Source: an uncultured Alphaproteobacteria bacterium
GTDB taxonomy: Bacteria; Pseudomonadota; Alphaproteobacteria; Rhizobiales; Rhizobiaceae
Direction of reading: 5' to 3'
Assembly: GCA_929200315.1 (NCBI GenBank)
Contig: CAKMZB010000003.1
Span: 161,596 to 220,205, forward strand
DNA length: 58,610 nt
In this document: in pieces, positions 12,036 through 24,024 of the stretch
How positions within the stretch are numbered: the first letter of the stretch is position 1
How the letters are laid out: each line of letters begins with the position of its first letter
The notes under the pieces: model-generated
What the model was told of the DNA's origin: nothing
Database searches by the model: none
The model's input: only the letters and a program-made list of their open reading frames with translations
Position numbers and translations under genes: made by a program

Positions 12036-13442
12036 GTGCAGACTTATCCCCTTTTCATCAAGCTTGCAGGCCAGCGTGTGGTCTTTTCCGGCGCTGGAGA
12101 ACATGCAGCCGCAAAGATCAAGCTGCTGCTGAAGACTGAAGCAAGCATCGCCGTCTATGGCGAGAACCCTTGTGCCGCAGTGCGGCATTGGTTTGCAAAT
12201 GGGGCCCTTTCTTTCACAAATAGACCCATTTCTTTCGGCGATACCCTCGGCGCACGTCTCGTATATGGCGCAAACGATGATCCGGACGAGGATGCCCGCG
12301 CGGTGGCCATCGGCAAGGCCGAGGGCGCGCTGACGAATATCGTCGACAATCTGGAAGCGAGCGAATTCCTCACCCCCGCCATCGTCGACCGCGACCCGGT
12401 TGTGGTGGCGATTGGCACGGAGGGCACCGCCCCGGTTCTGGCGCGCAAGATCAAGGCGCAGGTGGAGGAACTTCTCCCAATCTCCACCGGCCCCTTGGCC
12501 CGGATTGCAAACACCTTCCGCACCAAGGCCGCGACCTTGAAAGGTCCCCGCACCCGACGAGCCTTTTGGGCACGCTTCTTCAACGAGGCCGGACCAAAAG
12601 CACTGGCAGAAGGTGGCGAAGAGGCGGTCATCCCCGCCCTCGACAAGCTCTATGATGAAGCCGCACACCCCGCGCCGAGCGCAGGCTCCGTCGTGCTGGT
12701 CGGCACCGGCCCGGGCGACCCGGAATTGCTCACGCTGAAAGCGCGCCGCACGCTGCATGAGGCCGATGTCGTTCTCCACGACCGGCTGGTGTCGCCGGAA
12801 ATCCTGGAGCTCGCCCGCCGCGAAGCGACCGTCATCGAGGTCGGCAAGAAGGGCTATGGCCCATCCTGGAAGCAGGACGACATCAACGATCTCATCGTTA
12901 CCCATGCGCGCAAAGGCGCGAAGGTGGCGCGGCTGAAATCCGGCGATGCGTCCATCTATGGCCGCCTTGATGAGGAACTTGACGCGCTTGATGCCGCCGG
13001 CATCGACTGGTCGATCGTGCCGGGCATCACCACAGCGTCCGCTGCTGCCGCCTCTATCGGCACCTCCCTCACCCGCCGGGGTCGCAACTCGCAGCTTCGC
13101 TTCCTTACCGGTCGCGATGTTGATGGTTTTGCCGAACATGACTGGAAGAGCCTTGCCCGCACCGGCGAGACGGCGGCCATCTATATGGGATTGCGCGCGG
13201 CAACCTTCCTCGCGGGGCGTCTGCTGATGCACGGTGCAGATGCGGCAACCCCGGTGACCCTGGTGGAGAATGCCAGCCGCATCGACCAGCGCGTTGTCCT
13301 CACCAATCTCAACGATCTGCCGGATGATCTGAAAGCGTCGGCCATGACCGGCCCCGCCATCATTTTCCTCGGCCTGACGCCGCGCAAACTCGCCGGTGTC
13401 GAGATCGCTCCAATCGCCCAGAAGCTGGAGGCAACAGCATGA
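12036..13442 (+). CDS. cysG: Siroheme synthase (precorrin-2 dehydrogenase/ferrochelatase plus uroporphyrinogen-III C-methyltransferase)
   Basis: N-terminal Rossmann domain (VVFSGAGEHAAAKIKLLL) and C-terminal SUMT domain (VVLVGTGPGDPELLTLKARRTLHEADVVLHD). Confidence 0.92.
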   Translation: MQTYPLFIKLAGQRVVFSGAGEHAAAKIKLLLKTEASIAVYGENPCAAVRHWFANGALSFTNRPISFGDTLGARLVYGANDDPDEDARAVAIGKAEGALTNIVDNLEASEFLTPAIVDRDPVVVAIGTEGTAPVLARKIKAQVEELLPISTGPLARIANTFRTKAATLKGPRTRRAFWARFFNEAGPKALAEGGEEAVIPALDKLYDEAAHPAPSAGSVVLVGTGPGDPELLTLKARRTLHEADVVLHDRLVSPEILELARREATVIEVGKKGYGPSWKQDDINDLIVTHARKGAKVARLKSGDASIYGRLDEELDALDAAGIDWSIVPGITTASAAAASIGTSLTRRGRNSQLRFLTGRDVDGFAEHDWKSLARTGETAAIYMGLRAATFLAGRLLMHGADAATPVTLVENASRIDQRVVLTNLNDLPDDLKASAMTGPAIIFLGLTPRKLAGVEIAPIAQKLEATA

Positions 13443-13756
13443 CTGATAAGTCGCTCCGCCGCCCCTATCCGCCCAAGATCGTCACCGCCAATGCGCTGAT
13501 GGAAGGAGATGCGGTTTATTTCACCAAAAGCCGCACCTGGTCCCGCGAAATTGGCGAGGCCCATGCGGTCCATAATGCCGATGAGGCAGACCGCTTGCTG
13601 GCCGAGGCCAACACCCAAGCGGGTAAGATCGTTGGCGCCTACCTGGCTGACGTAAGCCTTGAAAGCGGCCAACCCGCACCAATCCATTTCCGCGAAGAAT
13701 TTCGTACCCGCGGACCCTCCAATTACTTCCACGGCAAACAGGTCGAGCAGGTTTAA
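13439..13756 (+). CDS. DUF2849-family protein (conserved partner between cysG and cysI)
   Basis: 105 aa; overlaps the cysG stop. Sequence and position match the DUF2849 proteins of alphaproteobacterial sulfite-reductase operons. Confidence 0.75.
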   Translation: MTDKSLRRPYPPKIVTANALMEGDAVYFTKSRTWSREIGEAHAVHNADEADRLLAEANTQAGKIVGAYLADVSLESGQPAPIHFREEFRTRGPSNYFHGKQVEQV

Positions 13757-13760
13757 GCCC

Positions 13761-15428
13761 ATGTATCTCTATGATGAATTCGATGCAGCTTTCGTGCGCG
13801 AGCGCGTCGCTCAGTTCCGCGGCCAGGTCGCCAAACGCGTTGACGGCTCCATGACGGAGGACGAGTTTAAGCCGCTGCGGCTGATGAACGGCCTCTACCT
13901 CCAGCTCCACGCCTATATGCTGCGCGTTGCCATTCCCTACGGCTCCCTCGACGCGCCCAAAATGCGCCAGCTCGCCTATATCGCGGAGCGATGGGACAAG
14001 GGCTATGGGCATTTCACCACACGGCAGAACATCCAGTACAACTGGCCATTGCTGGCCGATGTGCCGGACATGCTGGATGCGCTGGCTAATGTTGGAATGC
14101 ACGCGATCCAGACCTCCGGCAACACGATCCGCAATGTCACAGCAGACCACTTTGCAGGAGCTGCGGCAGATGAGATCGCCGATCCGCGCCCGACGGCGGA
14201 GCTGATCCGCCAATGGTCCACCGACCATCCCGAATTCCAGGCCCTGCCCCGCAAATTCAAGGTTGCCGTCACCGGTTCACCCAACGACCGTGCGGTGACA
14301 AAGGCCCATGATATCGGTCTACGCATGGTGCGCGATGCGGCGGGCGAACCGGGCTATGAAGTCATCGTCGGGGGTGGTCTTGGCCGCACGCCGATGGAAG
14401 GCCGTGTGATCCGCAAGCACCTGCCCGTCGTCGACCTGCTGCCTTATCTGGAGGCTATCCTCCACGTCTATAATCTCGCCGGACGGCGCGACAACAAATA
14501 TAAGGCGCGCATCAAAATCCTCGTCCACGAAACCGGGCTCGATGAGATACGTGCCGAGGTAGAGAAAGCCTTCGAATGGCAAAAGGCCCGCTTCCAGGCT
14601 CCTGCCGAAGCCCTGATCGCGCGCATTGCGGAGAGCTTCAGGCAGCCCGATCTTGATGACCGGCCGGAAGGCGTGCTAACCTCGGCACTCGAAAGCGATG
14701 CTGATCTGGCCCGCTTCGTGCGCCACAATGTGGCCGAGCATCAGCGCGGCGACCACGCCATCGTCACCATCTCGCTGAAGCCTGTTGGCGGCACGCCGGG
14801 TGATGCGACAGCGGACCAGATGCGCGCGGTTGCCGATATTGCCGAGCGCTGGGGCCACAACGAAATTCGCGTCTCCCATGAGCAGAACCTTGTCCTGCCT
14901 CATGTGGCAAAGGCTGATCTGCCACTGGTCTTTGCCGCTTTGCAAAGAGCCGATCTGGCCACTGCCAATATCGGCCTTCTCTCCGACATCATTGCCTGCC
15001 CGGGCATGGATTATTGCGCGCTGGCAACGGCTCGCTCGATTCCCATCGCACAGGAAATTGCCACCCGCTTTGATGACCTTGGCTGGGAGGCGGAAATCGG
15101 TGCGATGAAGATCAAAATCTCAGGTTGCATCAATGCCTGCGGTCACCACCATGTTGGCCATATCGGCATTCTCGGCCTCGATCGGGCGGGGGTGGAAAAT
15201 TACCAGATCACCCTTGGCGGGGATGGCACCGAACAATTCGCCATCGGCGAACGCGCCGGTCCGGGCTTTGCAGCCGAAGATCTGGTGCCCGCACTGGAGC
15301 GGCTGATGGAAGCTTATTTCGATGTGCGCACCAGCGCTGATGAGCCGTTCATCGACACCTATCGCCGCCTCGGGGTCGTTCCCTTCAAAGCAGCACTCTA
15401 CCCTGAAACCCAGAAGCAGGCGGCCTGA
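13761..15428 (+). CDS. cysI: Ferredoxin-type assimilatory sulfite reductase hemoprotein (nitrite/sulfite reductase family)
   Basis: The ORF track starts at 13659 inside the DUF2849 gene; the ATG at 13761 (MYLYDEFDAAFVRE) is the likely start. Siroheme/4Fe-4S binding cysteines are present (..CPGMDYCALA.. / ..SGCINACGHH..). Confidence 0.9.
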   Translation: MYLYDEFDAAFVRERVAQFRGQVAKRVDGSMTEDEFKPLRLMNGLYLQLHAYMLRVAIPYGSLDAPKMRQLAYIAERWDKGYGHFTTRQNIQYNWPLLADVPDMLDALANVGMHAIQTSGNTIRNVTADHFAGAAADEIADPRPTAELIRQWSTDHPEFQALPRKFKVAVTGSPNDRAVTKAHDIGLRMVRDAAGEPGYEVIVGGGLGRTPMEGRVIRKHLPVVDLLPYLEAILHVYNLAGRRDNKYKARIKILVHETGLDEIRAEVEKAFEWQKARFQAPAEALIARIAESFRQPDLDDRPEGVLTSALESDADLARFVRHNVAEHQRGDHAIVTISLKPVGGTPGDATADQMRAVADIAERWGHNEIRVSHEQNLVLPHVAKADLPLVFAALQRADLATANIGLLSDIIACPGMDYCALATARSIPIAQEIATRFDDLGWEAEIGAMKIKISGCINACGHHHVGHIGILGLDRAGVENYQITLGGDGTEQFAIGERAGPGFAAEDLVPALERLMEAYFDVRTSADEPFIDTYRRLGVVPFKAALYPETQKQAA

Positions 15429-15431
15429 CCC

Positions 15432-15842
15432 ATGAGTGTGATCGTCAACCGTGACGGCAATTTTGCCCACGCCGCGCCGGAATTCGACTTTGCCCCCCTC
15501 GGCACGGAGGGGGCGGTGGCCTTCGATGTGCCGTCGGACACCGCGCCGGAAGCGTTGGACGAGGTGCTGACACACGCTTCAGCCTTGCGCATCGCCTTCC
15601 CATCCTCGCATGATGGGCGTGGCTTTTCGCTTGCCCGCTATGCCAGGCAGTCCGGCTTTTGCGGTCATCTGCGCGCCAGCGGTAAATTGCTTGCCGACCA
15701 ATTTCCCCTTGCCTTGCGCAGCGGTTTCGATGATGCCGAGATCACAGATGATCGCGCGTTGCGGATGCAGCAGGTACAATGGGTTGATGCGGCCTCCCGC
15801 GCCCATACATCCTACCAAAGCCGCCTGATGCGTGCGGTCTGA
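15432..15842 (+). CDS. DUF934-family protein (conserved cysI partner)
   Basis: 136 aa directly downstream of cysI, as in many alphaproteobacteria. Confidence 0.75.
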   Translation: MSVIVNRDGNFAHAAPEFDFAPLGTEGAVAFDVPSDTAPEALDEVLTHASALRIAFPSSHDGRGFSLARYARQSGFCGHLRASGKLLADQFPLALRSGFDDAEITDDRALRMQQVQWVDAASRAHTSYQSRLMRAV

Positions 15843-15851
15843 GAGAACAAC

Positions 15852-16658
15852 ATGAGTGCACTTGCCATGGCGGAAGTCGCCGCAACGATCGATCATCCGG
15901 ATGCCCAGACGGTCACAGCCGTGACCCATTGGACGGACCAGCTTTTCTCCTTCCGCGTCACGCGCCCGCGTTCGCTGCGCTTCCGCTCGGGCGAATTTGT
16001 GATGATCGGGCTGGAAAAAGAAGACGGCAAGCCACTACTGCGCGCCTATTCCATCGCCTCACCCTCTTGGGACGAAGAGCTTGAGTTTTATTCCATCAAG
16101 GTGCCTGACGGCCCGCTGACTTCACGCTTGCAGAAAATAGTGCCAGGCGACCAGGTGATCGTGCGACCAAAGCCCGTCGGTACGCTGGTGCTCGACGCTT
16201 TGCTGCCCGGCAAGCGCTGCTTTCTGGTGGGCACAGGAACAGGCATTGCACCTTTTGCCTCGCTGGTTCGCGACCCCGATCTCTACGAACGCTTTGATGA
16301 AGTCGTGCTCACCCACACGACCCGCACAGTTGCCGACCTTGCCTATGGGAAACAACTTGTGGAGCAGGTGAAGGAAGATCCGCTGGTCGGGGAAGAAGCG
16401 AGCGCCAAGCTGCGCTACATTGCCACCACGACCCGCGAAACCTCCCATGTCATGGGGCGCATCACCGAGATTTTTGGCGACCCCGCAAGGCTGGAGGAAT
16501 TGAGCCTGTCACCACTCGGCCCTGATGACCGCGTCATGATCTGCGGCTCCATTGGCCTCAACGAGGACATGAAGGCGATCTGCGAGAAGGCAGGATTGGA
16601 AGAAGGTTCCAACTCCATGCCGGGGCACTTTGTGGTCGAAAAGGCCTTTGTTGGCTGA
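15852..16658 (+). CDS. fpr: Ferredoxin--NADP+ reductase
   Basis: FAD-binding RAYS motif (LLRAYSIASP) and NADP-binding GTGIAP motif. Confidence 0.9.
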   Translation: MSALAMAEVAATIDHPDAQTVTAVTHWTDQLFSFRVTRPRSLRFRSGEFVMIGLEKEDGKPLLRAYSIASPSWDEELEFYSIKVPDGPLTSRLQKIVPGDQVIVRPKPVGTLVLDALLPGKRCFLVGTGTGIAPFASLVRDPDLYERFDEVVLTHTTRTVADLAYGKQLVEQVKEDPLVGEEASAKLRYIATTTRETSHVMGRITEIFGDPARLEELSLSPLGPDDRVMICGSIGLNEDMKAICEKAGLEEGSNSMPGHFVVEKAFVG

Positions 16659-17041
16659 TGGCCCGGCAGCTCATCTCAACCGGATCACCACTTGAGAAAC
16701 AGGCCGGCTACAGCCGCGCCGTAGTGGCGGGGCCGTGGTGCTTTGTCTCCGGCACGACAGGCTATGACTATGCGTCCATGGAGATGCCGAGGGATGCCGC
16801 CGAGCAGACGCGCAACATTCTGGCGACGATCAGGCAGTCCCTCACCGAAGGCGGCTTTGCCATGGAAGATGTGGTGCGCGCCCGCTACATCGTTACCGAC
16901 CGCGCTTTTGTGGAGCCAGTAATGGCGGAACTTGGCAAAGTCTTCGGTGACATCCGCCCGGCGGCGACGATGGTGATCGCAGGCCTCGTCGACCCTGCCA
17001 TGAAGGTGGAAATCGACGTTACAGCCTATCGCGACGGTTAG
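16658..17041 (+). CDS. ridA: RidA/YjgF-family reactive-intermediate deaminase
   Basis: 127 aa RidA/YjgF fold; 1-nt overlap with the fpr stop. Confidence 0.85.
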   Translation: MARQLISTGSPLEKQAGYSRAVVAGPWCFVSGTTGYDYASMEMPRDAAEQTRNILATIRQSLTEGGFAMEDVVRARYIVTDRAFVEPVMAELGKVFGDIRPAATMVIAGLVDPAMKVEIDVTAYRDG

Positions 17042-17736
17042 TCTTTCTTGGGCGCGAAGATAAGATAGCAGGGCGTGCGCCCCTCGCGCACGGCCTTTGC
17101 TTCATAGCGCGTGCGCAGCCAGCCCTCCCAGGGCTCATTCCAATCCGCCGCACGGGTCGCCGCCCAGCGGAAGAGGCCACTCTTGTGCACATGGCCGAGG
17201 GTCCAGTTCACATAGGTGTCGATGTCGGAAGCGAAGCGGAACGTCGCGTCGGCCGTCAGCACGCGGTGGATGCGGGTAAGGTTCGCCTGGTTGACGAAGC
17301 GTCGCTTCCAGTGCCGGATCTTCGGCCAGGGATCGGGATAGAGCAAGTCGAGCCGCGCAAGACTCGCCTCTGGCAGCCAATCCAGCAGGAAGGCTGCATC
17401 ATCGTTGTAGAGGCGCAGATTGGTGAGGCCATGATCCTCAATCTGCCCCATCATCTTGGCCATACCGTCGATGAAGGGTTCAACGCCGATAAAGCCGATA
17501 TTTGGATTATCCCGCGCGCGGTTTGCCAAATGCTCACCGCCGCCAAATCCGATTTCCATCTCCACCCGCTCAACCCTGGCCTCAAAGAGCGGGCGCAGGT
17601 CGGTGACGGGATCTGCAGTCGGGTCGAGCAGAAGGCGCGGCAGCGCCTCCTCCATTAGCCGCGCTTTGCGACCATCGAGAGGTTTACCCTTGCGGCGGCC
17701 ATAAAAGTTGCGCTCGGGAAAGTCTTCTGTGCTCAC
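17038..17736 (-). CDS. trmB: tRNA (guanine46-N7)-methyltransferase
   Basis: 232 aa TrmB family (..GFGGGEHL.., ..LYPDPWPK..). Confidence 0.9.
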   Translation of the reverse strand: MSTEDFPERNFYGRRKGKPLDGRKARLMEEALPRLLLDPTADPVTDLRPLFEARVERVEMEIGFGGGEHLANRARDNPNIGFIGVEPFIDGMAKMMGQIEDHGLTNLRLYNDDAAFLLDWLPEASLARLDLLYPDPWPKIRHWKRRFVNQANLTRIHRVLTADATFRFASDIDTYVNWTLGHVHKSGLFRWAATRAADWNEPWEGWLRTRYEAKAVREGRTPCYLIFAPKKD

Positions 17737-18932
17737 ATCGCCGCTTTGAGTTCGTCGACGAGGTCGGTGCGCTCCCAGGAGAAGTGGCCTTCATCCGTTG
17801 GTGTGCGGCCAAAGTGACCATAGGCTGATGTGGGGGCATAGATCGGGCGGTTGAGCGCGAGATGCGTGCGGATGCCGCGCGGTGTCAGATCCATCACTTT
17901 CGAGATCGCCTGCTCCAGCCGCGCCTCATCCACCTGCCCGCCCGCATCAGCGTAAATGGAAAGCGGATGCGGCACGCCGATGGCGTAGGAGAGCTGGATT
18001 GTCACCCAGTCGCAAAGACCCGCGGCAACGATGTTCTTGGCGAGATAACGCGCGGCATAAGCGGCAGAACGGTCGACCTTTGTCGGATCTTTGCCTGAGA
18101 ACGCACCACCCCCGTGGGGAGCCATGCCGCCATAGGTGTCAACAATGATTTTGCGGCCAGTCAGCCCCGCATCTCCGTCTGGCCCGCCAATGACGAAGGT
18201 GCCGGTCGGGTTCACATGCCAGGCCGTGTCATCGCGGACCCACCCGTCGGGCAGCACATCGCGGATGGTGGACTCCACCATTTTACGGACATCCGCAGGG
18301 GTCTGGCTTTCATGGGTGTGCTGGGTGGAGAGCACGATGGAGGAAACCCGCACCGGCTTGCCGCCCTCATAAACAACAGAAACCTGACTCTTGGAATCCG
18401 GCCCGAGATCAGAAAGCTCGCCGGAATGACGTTTTTCGGCCAACTCACGCAGAATCGCATGACTGTACTGGATCGGCGCGGGCATCAGGTCTTCGGTTTC
18501 ATTGGAGGCGTAACCAAACATGATGCCCTGGTCACCGGCGCCCTCTTCCTTGTGCTCGCCTGTGCCCTCATCAACACCTTGGGCAATATGGGCCGACTGA
18601 CCGTGGAGCAGCACTTGCACATCGGCATTGGCGTGGTGAAAGCCATCCTGCTCGTAGCCGATATCCTTGATCGCAGCGCGAGCGGCGGCCTCAATTTCTT
18701 CCGGCGTCACGGCATCCGCGCCGCTCGGGCCACGAGTTTCACCAGCGATGACAACTTTGTTTGTTGTGGTCAGCGTTTCAGCAGCAACGCGCACGTCCCA
18801 CGGATCAATCTTCCCCTCTTCGGCGCGGCGAAAGAAGATATCGACGATCTCGTCAGAAATGCGGTCGGAAACTTTGTCCGGATGGCCTTCGGAGACGGAT
18901 TCAGACGTGAATGTGTAGTTGGAGCGCGCCAT
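17733..18932 (-). CDS. metK: S-adenosylmethionine synthetase
   Basis: N-terminal [24 protein letters not shown] and MAT signature motifs; ATGA overlap with trmB. Confidence 0.95.
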   Translation of the reverse strand: MARSNYTFTSESVSEGHPDKVSDRISDEIVDIFFRRAEEGKIDPWDVRVAAETLTTTNKVVIAGETRGPSGADAVTPEEIEAAARAAIKDIGYEQDGFHHANADVQVLLHGQSAHIAQGVDEGTGEHKEEGAGDQGIMFGYASNETEDLMPAPIQYSHAILRELAEKRHSGELSDLGPDSKSQVSVVYEGGKPVRVSSIVLSTQHTHESQTPADVRKMVESTIRDVLPDGWVRDDTAWHVNPTGTFVIGGPDGDAGLTGRKIIVDTYGGMAPHGGGAFSGKDPTKVDRSAAYAARYLAKNIVAAGLCDWVTIQLSYAIGVPHPLSIYADAGGQVDEARLEQAISKVMDLTPRGIRTHLALNRPIYAPTSAYGHFGRTPTDEGHFSWERTDLVDELKAAM

Positions 18933-19113
18933 GGCGGGGACCCTCGCTTAGTTGAACAGCCTGCCGAAAGAGTTCAGCGGCACTGTTGAGGGGCGCAACA
19001 AGCGGGTGGCAAACACGCCGTCCTCGAATAGGGCGAATTAGGCGTTGCACGCGGCCCAAGTCAAGTCATATGCTGATCGCGTTATATGGAAATTGCGCTG
19101 AACGGCATGCTGC

Positions 19114-19569
19114 CTATTTGCCGTTGTTTTCCGGCAAGCCCGTTTCATCGGCGAATGTACGCACCATGTCGATTATCCGCTTGCGGATGGCGGAGTTGGT
19201 AATGCGCACAAAGGCTCGGTTGAGTTCGATGCCTTCCTTGGTGGAAACGAAATCAACAACATAGTCGGAAGTTGTCGCTTCCCCAAAACCTGACACGGTC
19301 TCCCCGTCCGGGCCCGGCGCATCCTCAAAGAAGAATGAGACCGGCACCTCCAGAGCAGAGGCGATCTGGTGCATACGGCTGGCGCCGATGCGGTTGGTGC
19401 CCTTCTCGTATTTCTGGATCTGCTGGAAAGATATGCCAAGCGCGGTGCCGAGCTTTTCCTGGCTCATGTTCTGCATGGTGCGGCGTAACCGCACGCGACT
19501 GCCCACATGCACATCAATAGCGCTGGGCGTCTTTTTGTTTCCCGTTGCGTTCGATACGGCTCGCGCCAT
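19114..19569 (-). CDS. XRE-family (Cro/C1 HTH) transcriptional regulator
   Basis: HTH (MSQEKLGTALGISFQQIQKYEKG) plus a C-terminal domain. Conserved neighbour of lnt and metK in Rhizobiales. Confidence 0.8.
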   Translation of the reverse strand: MARAVSNATGNKKTPSAIDVHVGSRVRLRRTMQNMSQEKLGTALGISFQQIQKYEKGTNRIGASRMHQIASALEVPVSFFFEDAPGPDGETVSGFGEATTSDYVVDFVSTKEGIELNRAFVRITNSAIRKRIIDMVRTFADETGLPENNGK

Positions 19570-19627
19570 GTCACCCCCGAAAAGCTATATTCCCGGCAAA
19601 ACTACAAAAATCGCGCTGTTTGCCGGC

Positions 19628-21231
19628 TCAAACCGTCTGTTTGCGCTTGCCGGATCGCAAAAGACCTATTGAAACGCCATAGCAGATGCAAATCAAAAGC
19701 AAAAACGGCAAGGTTCCTATGCGTGAGTATAGAGTGATCGGAGCCGCTCGCGGTAGGGGGCCGTCGACCACACCAACTTTCCCCAAGCCAAGTGCCGCGC
19801 GAACACGGCCATTGGCGTCGATTATGCCGGAAATGCCGCTGTTCGCCGCCCGCACAACCGGCAAGCCCTCCTCCACAGCGCGAATCTGACTGGCGTGGAA
19901 ATGCTGATACGGGCCCGATGTCTGGCCGAACCAGCCATCGTTGGTGAGGTTGACAATCCAACCCGGCCGCACCTGATCCCCAGACAGCAATTGTCCAGAA
20001 AAGATAATCTCGTAGCAGATAAGCGGCAGGAAGGGCGGCGCACCGTCGATGGGAATAACCTTGCGCTGCAGGCCTGGTGTAAAACCGCGACCTTCCACAA
20101 GCTGTCGCAGACCGACACCTTTGAGAACAAAGCCGAGCGGCAAATATTCTCCGAAGGGCACAAGGCGGGTCTTATCGCCATGATCCAGCAACGCACCGCC
20201 GGATGAAACCACATAAAGCGCGTTGAACACCTGCTCCGGAGTCGTGGAAGTCGGCCAGACGGCTCGCATCGCACCGGTAACGAGTTGTGTGTTGCCGTGC
20301 AGTGATTCTGCGATCTGTTGCAGCCGGTCAGGGCGATCCTGGAGGATGAAGGGAAAGGCGGATTCCGGCCAGATCACATGAGTCGGCTGCGGGCCGTCGC
20401 TGCTTTGCGTCAGCGCCAGATAGCGCGCCATGATGGCGTCCTCGTTGTCGCGATCCCATTTTTCATCCTGCGTTAGGTTTGGTTGCACGATACGCAGCCG
20501 CACCCCAGGCTCGTTTGCGGTCGAGGCGATGGATAGGCTGTAGGCACCATAGCCCAGATGGGCGGCGATCAATGCTGCCAAAGTCGGAACAACCCCGCGC
20601 CAGCCGCCATGCTTTAAGACAAGCACCGGCAGACAGGCGGCAAAAACTGTAAGTGCACTCACCCCATAGGCACCAATCAGGCTCGCGCTTTGCATGGCAA
20701 GCGGCGAGGGCATCGCGGCATAGCCGATAAGATTCCAGGGAAAGCCTGTCAGCACCGTGCCACGCAGGAATTCACCTATCGCGAAGGCGCAGGCGAGAAC
20801 GATGATCTGGCCCCAGGAAGCATGTTTCCCCTCGCGCCAGGCAAAACTCGCAAGCGCCGCGGCAAGGCCCCAAAACAAAGCCATGCCCGCAGGTAAGGCC
20901 ATCACCGCGACAGGCAGCAGCCAGGCAAAAGTCTCCGCGTCCACCAAAAAGGCGCTGCCGACCCACCACAGACCTGCAAGGAAATAGCCAAAACCAAAGA
21001 GCCACCCGGTGTGGAAAAACCGCCGGACCCGGCCCCGGGCCTCACCGACCCGCCCATCGAGGAGCAGGACCAAGAGCGGAAAAGAGACGAAAATCGCAGG
21101 CCACACAAACAGCGGCGCAAGAGCAAGCGCAGCAAAGGCTCCGGCGAAAACCGCAAGCAAGCTCGCCCGCCAGCCGGTGAGAGACCGGATCTTGTACGCG
21201 ATCAAGGCGCGCCTTGATCCTCCTGCGCTGC

Positions 21232-21235
<4 letters not shown>
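19628..21235 (-). CDS. lnt: Apolipoprotein N-acyltransferase
   Basis: N-terminal polytopic domain plus a C-terminal CN-hydrolase domain (..[16 protein letters not shown]..). Confidence 0.9.
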
Positions 21236-23049
<1,814 letters not shown>

Positions 23050-23115
23050 GGGCGCTATGTAGCAGGCACCAGCGCGCCTGCAAGGGCGCGCCTTAGTTAG
23101 CTTCACGCCCGCAAG

Positions 23116-24024
23116 TCAGCCTTTTGCGTCAACCGCCTTCACTTTCTCCTCAAGGTCCGCTGCAAGCGTGCCCCACTCCACCTTGTGATGGCTGAAACCC
23201 TGCACCAGCGTTGGCTTGATGATCTCAAAATAAGGCGACAGATCAAAGTCCCGCGGAGCGAAAAGGCTGTGGTGGCGGATGTGCAAAATTTCCCGGCGCG
23301 CATAGCGGGCCTCGGGCGCACGGCGGTCGGCTCGCGATTCTTCGCTCATATATTCAACATCCGGCAGGATCGGGTAGCGGATGAACTGGAACGCCTGAGC
23401 CAGCAGTGTTGAGCAGATTGCCCGTGTCGGGTCGCCGGAACCAAAAGCCAGCATCTTGCGCCGCCAGCGGGTTGGCACCGGTGGGGTGGGCAGCAAATAG
23501 CGCAACATGTCGAAGATGTTGCGCATGTCATAGGCAAGGCCACGCCGCTCCAGCATAAAATCGCAGACTGCCGCGCGCTCTTCCTCTGTCAGCCCGACAG
23601 CGCGGCAGATGCGGGTGTTGTAGGTGGCGTATTTCTTCAGCGGTACCGCTACACACCCCTCGCCTAGGTTGACCTCAACAAGCCGTGGGCGCTCGGACGT
23701 GTCGATGTCGCGATCAGCCTCGGCGTCGTAGTCCACCATGTCGCCGACATAGAGCGCGGCGTGGGACCAGGTGGACTGGGTGAGATATTTGATGGCGGCA
23801 GAAATTTTCTGGTTGCCCTCCACCAGCAGAATGTCGCCAGGCTGGAGCGCTTCAAACAGCGCCTTTGGGCAGGACTGGGTGTAGGGCACATAGCCGGAGG
23901 ACTCTCGTGTTAGCCGCTCGGCGAGCCGGGCGCTCAAGCGGTCCAGCAAGGTTTCACGACCGCGGGATTTGAAGTCCACCGGGTGCAATCGGGATTGCTT
24001 CTTTCGGCTCACAGCGCTGGTCAT
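23116..24024 (-). CDS. Putative YiiX/YebB-like permuted papain-fold (NlpC/P60 superfamily) hydrolase
   Basis: GDILLVEG....TQSTWSHAALYVG (His motif) followed by ICSTLLAQAF (Cys), in the permuted order typical of the YiiX family. Assignment is by motif recall only. Confidence 0.5.
   Translation of the reverse strand: MTSAVSRKKQSRLHPVDFKSRGRETLLDRLSARLAERLTRESSGYVPYTQSCPKALFEALQPGDILLVEGNQKISAAIKYLTQSTWSHAALYVGDMVDYDAEADRDIDTSERPRLVEVNLGEGCVAVPLKKYATYNTRICRAVGLTEEERAAVCDFMLERRGLAYDMRNIFDMLRYLLPTPPVPTRWRRKMLAFGSGDPTRAICSTLLAQAFQFIRYPILPDVEYMSEESRADRRAPEARYARREILHIRHHSLFAPRDFDLSPYFEIIKPTLVQGFSHHKVEWGTLAADLEEKVKAVDAKG

Noticed and set aside
11910-13232. 440-aa ORF on the minus strand
   Set aside because: It lies entirely antisense to cysG, has no recognisable domains, and shows the Arg/Ala/Gly-rich composition of a high-GC antisense artefact. 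The same applies to other long antisense ORFs: 5717..6466, 6623..7570, 13521..14228, 18114..18989, 21214..22032, 24024..24743, 24824..25600, 26801..27733, 28754..29869, 33623..34690, 36363..37459, 37898..38893, 44647..45192, 45069..46043, 47653..48390, 52281..52886, 53582..54253, 54336..54902 and 56608..57240.
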